Source of the DNA: Candidatus Cloacimonadales bacterium
Lineage (GTDB): Bacteria > Cloacimonadota > Cloacimonadia > Cloacimonadales > DAONDQ01
Length of the DNA stretch: 64,000 nucleotides
NCBI GenBank assembly: GCA_963662275.1
Contig: OY759316.1
Coordinates: forward strand, 2,336,001-2,400,000
Direction of reading: 5' to 3'
In this document: positions 10,906 to 18,925 of the stretch, in pieces
Layout: each line of letters starts with the position of its first letter
Position numbering within the stretch: position 1 is the stretch's first letter
The notes under the pieces: model-generated
What the model saw: only the letters and a program-made list of their open reading frames with translations
Told to the model about the DNA's origin: nothing
Databases searched by the model: none
Position numbers and translations under genes: made by a program

Positions 10906-11652
10906 ATGTACAAATTAGTTGTTGTTAGACATGGTGAAAGTCTATGGAATAAGGAAAATCGCTTCACCGGCTGGACAGATATCGATCTTTCTGATAAGGG
11001 AATTGTAGAAGCAACTGCCGGTGCAAAAGCTATTATTGATGCAGGCTTGTCTTTTGACATAGCCTATACATCCGTTTTGAAAAGAGCGATTCGCACTTTA
11101 TGGATTATGCTTGAAAAAATGGACTTGATGTGGTTACCTGTGGTTCGTCATTGGCGACTAAATGAAAAACACTACGGTACACTGCAAGGTTTGAATAAAT
11201 CAGAAACTGCCATGAAATATGGTGAAGAACAAGTCAAACTTTGGCGTCGCAGTTATGATGTACAACCTCCTGCACTTACAAAAGAAGATCCTCGCCATCC
11301 GGGACATGACAGGCGTTATTATAGCCTTACGCCAAACGAATTACCGAACACCGAATGTTTGAAAGACACTGTAGCCAGGGTCATACCCTATTGGAATGAA
11401 GTCTTGGCTCCTGCAATCAAATCAGGTCAGAGAGTACTCATTGTTGCTCATGGCAATAGCTTGAGAGCATTGGTCAAATTCCTGGATCAAATACCTGATG
11501 AAGAAATTGTTGAACTCAATATACCCACCGGTATTCCTTTGGTGTATGAACTTGATGATGACTTGAAACCATTACGTCATTATTACCTGGGTGATCCCGA
11601 TGAAATAGCCAAGGCGCAGGAAGCTGTTGCCAACCAGGGTAAAGCTAAATAA
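10906..11652 (+). CDS. gpmA: 2,3-bisphosphoglycerate-dependent phosphoglycerate mutase
   Basis: [41 protein letters not shown]. Confidence 0.97.
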   Translation: MYKLVVVRHGESLWNKENRFTGWTDIDLSDKGIVEATAGAKAIIDAGLSFDIAYTSVLKRAIRTLWIMLEKMDLMWLPVVRHWRLNEKHYGTLQGLNKSETAMKYGEEQVKLWRRSYDVQPPALTKEDPRHPGHDRRYYSLTPNELPNTECLKDTVARVIPYWNEVLAPAIKSGQRVLIVAHGNSLRALVKFLDQIPDEEIVELNIPTGIPLVYELDDDLKPLRHYYLGDPDEIAKAQEAVANQGKAK

Positions 11653-11655
11653 TTT

Positions 11656-11754
11656 GTAGAGACGTGCAATATGCGCGTCTCTACTTCTTCGTGGCATAAG
11701 ATTCCGATCTTATGGTCTGTTCCGTGTAGAGCATGACGCCGATCATGCTGAATA
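11656..11754 (+). repeat. Cluster of three REP-like hairpins
   Basis: GTAGAGACG..CGTCTCTAC (11656-11684); GTGG-CATAAGA-TTCCGA-TCTTATG (11691-11714); GTAG-AGCATGA-CGCCGA-TCATGCT-GAAT (from 11726). Confidence 0.7.
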
Positions 11755-11984
11755 GTACGCAGCATATACTTCAGTATGTAACCCCTATTAATCCTACAAG
11801 AATGAAATTCCACAGCCTGTGGTGGATGCTCTGCAGAAAAGCAACGTAAACAATACTGCCACGATTCCTGAAGTAATCACCACCTGCACTTGTGGCAACT
11901 CCTTTAGGCTGTGTGGAAGCGACTTCAGGCGGTGAATGCTCTGCAGAAAAGCAGCGTAAACAATGCTGCCACGATTCCTGAAGT

Positions 11985-13845
11985 GAGACTGTTCATGAAG
12001 TTATTCATAATATTCAATAAGTTAGAAAGTAGCAAGTTGAAAAAAGTGGTCGAAACGGTCATAATTTAACATACCTTCCAGAATTGACAGATAAGCTCTG
12101 CTAAGGACACCAAATCACAAGTTAAGCTTTTTGACTAAAATTGAAAAACACGCGATTATAAGTAATGTTTCGAAGCCGTTTCTGACTAAATGTGTAGTTA
12201 AAATCATATAAAATAGTTCTTTACAAGTTTTTTGCTATAGCTTCAATGGCATTTGTTACCTGGTAACAAAAGGGAGGATATTATGACAAAAAAACACTCC
12301 AATTCAAGAAGCGGTAAGTGTTAGTCATGAAAGTAACCAATACCATGTAAGTATTAACGTACCATTTTCATTCACTTTGCCTGAGACAACATCAAACCAC
12401 AAGTTCTTAATAGCGTTTCTACGCTTATTAGTAGGAATAGGCGGAGACAACCTCCTTACACTTCAGCAAATAGCTGATCTGTTTAACTACGCAGACCGCA
12501 GGAATGTACATAATTTCTGGCAAGAGTTTGAGCAGCATGGTCATGATATCCTGGCATATTTAAGCCGGAAAGTTGACCTGCTGGAGTGTATTCCTCAGAT
12601 CGAGAATTTTGTTATCAATAACCTGCTTTTACCTTTAAATGTCATGTATCAGGAGTTCATCAGCCATCATGATTTTAAAATGTCCTATACCACTTTCTGC
12701 AAATATGCTTCTCAGGTCAATTCTCTGTCTGTAGTTAAGCAAGCTCAGAAGCTTCTTCTGAAAAAGACAGTAGGCGGTGATGCTGTACATCTGCTGAAAC
12801 TGCTTGCCGGTCAGCAGAATACACCTGTTATCTGTGACAGACTCCTGGAACAAATGAAGACTGCTAAAGGCAATACATCCCATAGAACCGCCGATGCAAA
12901 GCCGTTCCATAGTCTGGAACGCAAGAACCTGTGTCTGCTGGTACATTACCTGGTTGGAAGCGGTATGAACTTCGAGACGATAGCTTTGCTGCTCAACACC
13001 TGTAAAGCTACAGTCTCAAATCTCTGGCATGAAATCGCTGACCTGCAGAGCCTGATTCTGAACTCAATCGGTAAGTGGAGCGGAAAGATCAGCATTGATG
13101 AGAAATATGTGAAGATCAAAGGTATTCCGTACTATGTCATCAGTATTGTTGATTTTGTGACTCACATCCCTCTGTTTTGTGAGTTGTATCCTGACACAAA
13201 GAAAGAATCATTCGAAGCATGTTTCAGAACCTTCAGACAGCTCTACAGGAAAGATCCAACCCTGATTGTCAGTGATGGCAGTAAATCGTTAGCAGTTGCA
13301 AGAAAAACAGTGTTTCCAAAAGTCCATTACCAACTCTGTAAGTTCCATAAGATACGAAATCTCTTCAAAAGAATCAGTCAATGTCATCTCCCTGAAGACA
13401 GGGACAAGTTCTTTAAGAAGAGGATTATGAAAGCTTTCCGAAGAGAAACGGCGGGCGGAAGGAAAAAGGGTATCGCAAGCCTGACAGCTATTACTCCCCC
13501 AACCGCCGCCGAATACATCAAAAGCAATATCATTAGTGATTGGAGACACCTCAGCAAAGGTTTGACTTCCAATGTCTCTGAACGCTGGAACCGCAAAATC
13601 AAGAAGGTGACATCCGGTAGATTTGGACTAAAATCTGAAGAAACCACCCGCAACCTTGTGTTTTCGCTTTGGTTCAAAGAACTGGTCGATAAAGGTCAAC
13701 CAATCATGCGTCAGGAATCACTTTTAGCAAGTTTAAATATCTCCCGCATATGTCAAGAAAATGTGGATTGGTCGCACTTAGACCACTTTTTCTCTGTCAC
13801 TACCAATAAGGCTGCGTAAAATGGAGGTTAATTTTGAACAGTCTC
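11985..13845 (+). mobile_element. Insertion sequence, IS256/Mutator-like DDE type, copy 1 (1861 bp)
   Basis: 11-bp TIRs GAGACTGTTCA/TGAACAGTCTC and an 8-bp TSD CCTGAAGT (11977-11984 and 13846-13853). A second copy starts at 18926. Confidence 0.92.
12377..13819 (+). CDS. DDE transposase (IS256/ISH6-like, CxxH motif)
   Basis: SIDEKY (D), VSDGS (D), QLCKFHK (CxxH), TSNVSERWNR (E). The exact family assignment is tentative. Confidence 0.85.
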   Translation: MPETTSNHKFLIAFLRLLVGIGGDNLLTLQQIADLFNYADRRNVHNFWQEFEQHGHDILAYLSRKVDLLECIPQIENFVINNLLLPLNVMYQEFISHHDFKMSYTTFCKYASQVNSLSVVKQAQKLLLKKTVGGDAVHLLKLLAGQQNTPVICDRLLEQMKTAKGNTSHRTADAKPFHSLERKNLCLLVHYLVGSGMNFETIALLLNTCKATVSNLWHEIADLQSLILNSIGKWSGKISIDEKYVKIKGIPYYVISIVDFVTHIPLFCELYPDTKKESFEACFRTFRQLYRKDPTLIVSDGSKSLAVARKTVFPKVHYQLCKFHKIRNLFKRISQCHLPEDRDKFFKKRIMKAFRRETAGGRKKGIASLTAITPPTAAEYIKSNIISDWRHLSKGLTSNVSERWNRKIKKVTSGRFGLKSEETTRNLVFSLWFKELVDKGQPIMRQESLLASLNISRICQENVDWSHLDHFFSVTTNKAA

Positions 13846-13935
13846 CCTGAAGTAATCACCACAGATGAAAAACAAATTTATTGACATAGCATTGATACAT
13901 TTAAATATTTAAAAGTATCGGGATATGGAGGTAGC

Positions 13936-14625
13936 ATGAATACCAAAAATAACTACAAACAATATCATCGTGGAGATTTGCCACATATTCAACCTAAAGA
14001 TGGTACTTTTTTTATTACTTTTCGACTAGATATTCCATTATCACAAGAATTCTACTCACTCCTCATGAAGAAAAAGGAAGAAATTAATTCCTCAACATAC
14101 AACATAAAGGATCTTAATGAACGGAACGTAATGTACAATAAAAAACTTTTTGCGTTTAAGGATAACTACTTTGATAAATATCAGCATCAAGATAATATGC
14201 TAAAATACCCTAATATCGCGAAGCTTATTATTGATGAACTACATTACCAGGACAAAAAGCTGTTTGATTTATTTGCTTATACAGTGATGCCGAATCATGT
14301 TCATTTCCTAATCAAACCGTTAACAGATGAAAATGGACAGTATTATTCTATCTCAAAGATCATGAATCTGATAAAAGGAAGAAGTTCAAGGTTTATCAAT
14401 CTGGAATTGAAAAGGTCTGGGACATTATGGCAAAGAGAATACTATGATCATTATGTAAGAAATGAAACTGAATTACATAATATAATCAGGTATATAGCAT
14501 TAAATCCTGTGAAAGCTGGTTTCGTTAATAAGCCTAACGAATGGGACTGGACATGGGTTGCGCAGGAGTTTATTAACCTTTTGGATGATGATTCAGTAAA
14601 AGAGGCGATTGCATTCTGGGGGTAG
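13936..14625 (+). CDS. REP-associated tyrosine transposase (RAYT/TnpA-REP, Y1 HUH superfamily)
   Basis: LPH..GTFFITFRL, VMPNHVH (HUH), IKG.S, LWQREYYDHYVRNE, IRYIALNPVKAG (catalytic Tyr). GGAGG RBS, TTGACA at 13881. Flanked on both sides by GTRG-hairpin repeats. Confidence 0.9.
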   Translation: MNTKNNYKQYHRGDLPHIQPKDGTFFITFRLDIPLSQEFYSLLMKKKEEINSSTYNIKDLNERNVMYNKKLFAFKDNYFDKYQHQDNMLKYPNIAKLIIDELHYQDKKLFDLFAYTVMPNHVHFLIKPLTDENGQYYSISKIMNLIKGRSSRFINLELKRSGTLWQREYYDHYVRNETELHNIIRYIALNPVKAGFVNKPNEWDWTWVAQEFINLLDDDSVKEAIAFWG

Positions 14626-16306
14626 GCAGAAAAGCAACGTAAACAATGCTGCCACGATTCCTGAAGTAATCACCACCTGCATTTGTGGCAACTCCTTTAG
14701 GCTGTGTGGAGGCGACTTCAGGCGATGAATGCTCTGCAGAAAAGCAGCGTAAACAATGCTGCCACGATTCCTGAAGTAATCACCACCTGCACTTGTGGCA
14801 ACTCCTTTAGGCTGTGTGGAAGCGACTTCAGGCGGTGGATGCTCTGCAGAAAAGCAACGTAAACAATGCTGCCACGATTCCTGAAGTAATCACCACTTTC
14901 TCTCGTGGCAACTCCTTTAGGCTGTGTGTAAATCAATTGTGGCAACTCCTTTAGGCTGTGTAGAGGCGACTTCAGGCGGTGGATGCTCTGCAGAAAAGCA
15001 ACGTAAACAATGCTGCCACGATTCCTGAAGTAATCACCACTTTCTCTCGTGGCGACTCCTTTAGGCTGTGTGGAGGCGACTTCAGGTGGTGAATGCTCTG
15101 CAGAAAAGCAGCGTAAACAATGCTGCCACGATTCCTGAAGTAATCACCACTTTCTCTCGTGGCGACTCCTTTAGGCTGTGTGGAGGCGACTTCAGGCGAT
15201 GAATGCTCTGCAGAAAAGCAACGTAAACAATGCTGCCACGATTCCTGAAGTAATCACCACTTTCTCTCGTGGCGACTCCTTTAGGCTGTGTGGAGGCGAC
15301 TTCAGGCGATGAATGCTCTGCAGAAAAGCAACGTAAACAATGCTGCCACGATTCCTGAAGTAATCACCACTTTCTCTCGTGGCAACTCCTTTAGGCTGTG
15401 TGGAAATCAATTGTGGCAACTCCTTTAGGCTGTATGGAGGCGACTTTAGGCGGTTGATACTCTGCAGAAAAGCAACGTAAACAATGCTGCCACGATTCCT
15501 GAAGTAATCACCACCTGCATTTGTGGCAACTCCTTTAGGCTGTGTGTAAATCAATTGTGGCAACTCCTTTAGGCTGTGTAGAGGCGACTTCAGGCGGTGG
15601 ATGCTCTGCAGAAAAGCAACGTAAACAATGCTGCCACGATTCCTGAAGTAATCACCACCTGCACTTGTGGCAACTCCTTTAGGCTGTGTGTAAATCAATT
15701 GTGGCAACTCCTTTAGGCTGTGTAGAGGCGACTTCAGGCGGTGGATGCTCTGCAGAAAAGCAACGTAAACAATGCTGCCACGATTCCTGAAGTAATCACC
15801 ACCTGCATTTGTGGCAACTCCTTTAGTAAGCTGTAGAGGCGACTTCAGGTGGTGAATGCTCTGCAGAAAAGCAGCGTAAACAATGCTGCCACGATTCCTG
15901 AAGTAATCACCACTTTCTCTCGTGGCGACTCCTTTAGGCTGTGTGAAGGCGACTTCAGGCGGTGAATGCTCTGCAGAAAAGCAGCGTTAACGATGCTGCC
16001 ACGATTCCTGAAGTAATCACCACTTTCTCTCGTGGCGACTCCTTTAGTAAGCTGTAGAGGCGACTTCAGGTGGTGAATGCTCTGCAGAAAAGCAGCGTAA
16101 ACAATGCTGCCACGATTCCTGAAGTAATCACCACTTTCTCTCGTGGCGACTCCTTTAGGCTGTGTGGAAGCGACTTCAGGCGGTGAATGCTCTGCAGAAA
16201 AGCAACGTAAACAATGCTGCCACGATTCCTGAAGTAATCACCACTTTCTCTCGTGGCGACTCCTTTAGGCTGTGTGGAAATCAATTGTGGCAACTCCTTT
16301 AGGCTG
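14626..16306. repeat. Main tandem array: 14 units of 110/111/144 bp
   Basis: Unit markers at about 14624, then 14734, 14844, 14988, 15098, 15208, 15318, 15462, 15606, 15750, 15861, 15971, 16082 and 16192. The array starts immediately after the RAYT stop codon. Confidence 0.95.
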
Positions 16307-16468
16307 ATATAGTTAGATAGTTATATATTATAATATATTCATAGTACTTGGCTTTCTGGAACCCTGCAATGACGCGTAGGGTACCGAAGCGTCATTGCAG
16401 GGTTCCAGAGACGCTGATTTTCGATCTGAATTCTATGATTAAATCGAATATTACTTATCAAAGCTCTC

Positions 16469-16641
16469 TTGGTTCTACATCCCGATCTTGCTGATATACT
16501 GGATTACCTTCTGATGGTATCCTATTCTTACTTTATCCTATCTGAGATAATACCCGCCGGTGTGCTATAATGAGCTATGGTAGAAGGTCTTGTAAACAAG
16601 CCTTAGTGCCTAATGACTACATCATCCGGCGAGTGAACCAA
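16469..16641 (-). ncRNA. Candidate bridge/seek RNA of the IS110 element
   Basis: A closing stem TTGGTTC/GAACCAA encloses two stem-closed loops, each with a central bulged hairpin flanked by 9-nt segments that match the donor junction or the target (see findings). Confidence 0.7.
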
Positions 16642-16684
16642 TCTAAACACCTCCATTATTTTTTGACTACTTTTTTTTCTTGGC

Positions 16685-17962
16685 TCACTGATTATTTTCA
16701 GTTAAATAACCTGCATATAGCTTTCGCTGTTCAGGATCAAACGACCTTTCATATTTAACCATTGAGTACATGATTCCCAGTAATTTACTGCTCAAAGAAA
16801 CGATAGTTTTGACCTTGTTATTACCTCGCTTTTTTACTTGATAATTATATATCTGATTGATTAATTGATTGTTTATAATCATTTCCAGAGTAAGCATATA
16901 CAAGATCCTTCGCAACCTTACTCTTCCTACCTTAGAGATATGATATTGCCCATGGTATTCTCCTGATTGATTGTGTTTTAAACTCAATCCGGCAAGTTTG
17001 ACTAAATCCTGATATCGACCATATTGATTGATATCTCCAGTCTCCGCCAGAATTAACCCCACTGATACTTTACTCAAACCAGGTATTGTCACCAATAACG
17101 ATCCATAACTGATTTTATCTACACATGTCATGATTGCTGTTTTGATTTGTTTGAGATGGTATTGTTTATAGCTGATATCCTCATAGATCGCATTTATGAC
17201 CACTCTCGCACTATCCGCTCCCTGACTCATGCCAATACTTGTTAGAGATACCTGATATAAACTGTGAAGCTTCTCTGTAGCTATGCACCCTTTGCTTTTT
17301 GTTTTCATAATCTTCAGAAAATTCTCATATCCTGCATTTACGATATCCTGAGGAAGAGGAAAACACTCCATGATATACATTACTCCCGTACTGTTAAATT
17401 TGAAAAAGTTACTCAATTCAGGAAAGTAACAGGCATAAGAGGCTTCCAGATAGTTCCTCTGCCTGCGAATATCTGTGATTAACTGGTGATAATAAGCTGC
17501 ATAGTTGTTCAACTCCGCGAAAACACCTTCAGGTCTCCGATGATGGATGCTCTTGCCCATTCTTAACAGAGAGGTAATGATAATACTGTCTTTCAAATCA
17601 TTCTTGGATGGATGATTATCTTCAATATCCTTCCATCTTTTAGTGTGTAATGGGTTGATGCTTTGGATTTGATAGCAGCGTTCTTCCAAGAAGTACTGGA
17701 GTGGCTTTACATATGAACCTGTTGGTTCCATTCCAAATACAATCTCGTTCAGATTCCACAAACGCTTTTGCTGTTCTGCTTCTTTTAGCAGATACTGAAA
17801 ACCATCATGATTGTTTGTAATAAAAAATGGCTTACGCTTCCGTTCACCTGTAAAATCACAAAAATACACACTGTGTTTGTGCTTGCTGATATCAATGCCA
17901 ACAAGCATCATTTCTGAGTTGACAAAAAACCTCTTTGGGTTAGATTTTGATGTGGTAATCAT
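16685..17962 (-). CDS. IS110 family recombinase/transposase
   Basis: RuvC-like DEDD motifs GIDISK, MEPTG and KNDLKDS. C-terminal TIPGLS, LAGL..NQSG (catalytic Ser) and ISKVG. GGAGG RBS. Confidence 0.95.
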   Translation of the reverse strand: MITTSKSNPKRFFVNSEMMLVGIDISKHKHSVYFCDFTGERKRKPFFITNNHDGFQYLLKEAEQQKRLWNLNEIVFGMEPTGSYVKPLQYFLEERCYQIQSINPLHTKRWKDIEDNHPSKNDLKDSIIITSLLRMGKSIHHRRPEGVFAELNNYAAYYHQLITDIRRQRNYLEASYACYFPELSNFFKFNSTGVMYIMECFPLPQDIVNAGYENFLKIMKTKSKGCIATEKLHSLYQVSLTSIGMSQGADSARVVINAIYEDISYKQYHLKQIKTAIMTCVDKISYGSLLVTIPGLSKVSVGLILAETGDINQYGRYQDLVKLAGLSLKHNQSGEYHGQYHISKVGRVRLRRILYMLTLEMIINNQLINQIYNYQVKKRGNNKVKTIVSLSSKLLGIMYSMVKYERSFDPEQRKLYAGYLTENNQ

Positions 17963-18044
17963 TGTTACCTCCTTTGTTGATTTGATCTATGTATATCAAC
18001 GAGGGAGGTTTTTCTACCTTAATTTTCTAACCTTCCTATAGTAA

Positions 18045-18363
18045 GCTGTGTGGAAGCGACTTCAGGCGGTGAATGCTCTGCAGAAAAGCAGCGTTAACGA
18101 TGCTGCCACGATTCCTGAAGTAATCACCACTTTCTCTCGTGGCAACTCCTTTAGGCTGTGTGGAGGCGACTTCAGGCGATGAATGCTCTGCAGAAAAGCA
18201 ACGTAAACAATGCTGCCACGATTCCTGAAGTAATCACCACTTTCTCTCGTGGCAACTCCTTTAGGCTGTGTGGAAATCAATTGTGGCAACTCCTTTAGGC
18301 TGTGTGGAGGCGACTTCAGGGGGTGAATGCTCTGCAGAAAAGCAGCGTAAACAATGCTGCCAC
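18045..18363. repeat. Distal part of the tandem array (3 units, last one partial)
   Basis: Unit markers at 18078, 18188 and 18332. Confidence 0.92.
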
Positions 18364-18518
18364 CGCATACAGTTGGACTTCGAATCACTTTCGATATTGA
18401 ATGTACCATTTCCTAAGTTTTTCAGAATTTTGATGTTACCTGAGGTTGTGCTTCCTGATACAATGAGATCCTGATCACTATCTAAATCAAGATCTGAAGT
18501 TGTAAATTGTCTCGGCAT
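18364..18518 (-). pseudogene. Fragment of an FG-GAP/VCBS-repeat protein abutting the array
   Basis: TSDLDLDSDQDLIVS...ILKNLGNGTF is a single FG-GAP-like repeat, after which the frame runs into array sequence. Confidence 0.55.
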
Positions 18519-18751
18519 TCCAATTATCCTTCTTTTTTTTACCTCAACCCTTAATCAATTGTATAGATTCCCGCCTGCTCAGGAATGACAGGAGCATAGA
18601 TTTATCAGAGCTTATTAGTTAAAGCCTTAGTGGAGATTATCAGGCACTAAGGGAATGTTTAGAGGTCGGGACGACACTCTCACAAAACAGACAAGACTGA
18701 CTGTGCTACTGGTCACAATCACAATTCATTCCCCAAAGATACTACCACTCT

Positions 18752-18854
18752 AAATCCAATTCTTTACCAATTACATACTAATCTCAAACCAGTTTGACGA
18801 AACAGGAATGAAACAGGATTGAAACAGGATTGAAACTGGTATGAACTTGGTATA
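18752..18854. repeat. 11-bp-period inverted repeat array A
   Basis: Four degenerate CAWWCCWRTTT-like units, a GACG centre, then five AAACAGGATTG-like units. Confidence 0.7.
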
Positions 18855-18925
18855 AATAAAGTAGAATGATAGTTGTTCATGGTCTGTTAGTATATCTCCG
18901 GAAGCATGAAAGATGGCAAATGAAA

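Larger units (their letters stand above)
11821..13863. repeat. Upstream part of the 110-bp tandem repeat array (about 2 units), split by an IS
   Basis: The unit marker CTGCAGAAAAGC occurs at 11831 and 11941. The unit resumes after the IS as CCTGAAGTAATCACCAC at 13846. Confidence 0.9.
16303..18044 (-). mobile_element. IS110-family element (1742 bp) with long 3' non-coding region (IS1111-like layout), inserted in an array unit
   Basis: GCTG is present at both junctions (16303-06 and 18045-48). Removing 1742 bp restores a 144-bp unit (16192 to 18078). No TIRs or long TSD. Confidence 0.9.

Noticed and set aside
13936..14625. IS200/IS605 TnpA with TnpB
   Set aside because: There is no tnpB. The length and the WQREYYDH/NPVKAG motifs fit RAYT.
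14626..18363. CRISPR array
   Set aside because: There are no unique spacers. Whole 110/144-bp units repeat with only a few recurring alleles, and no cas genes are in the window.
14718..18474. ORFs 14718-14945, 15192-15707, 16066-16293, 18062-18409 and 18268-18474
   Set aside because: These are translations of the DNA repeat. The 110-bp period is not a multiple of 3 and there is no RBS.
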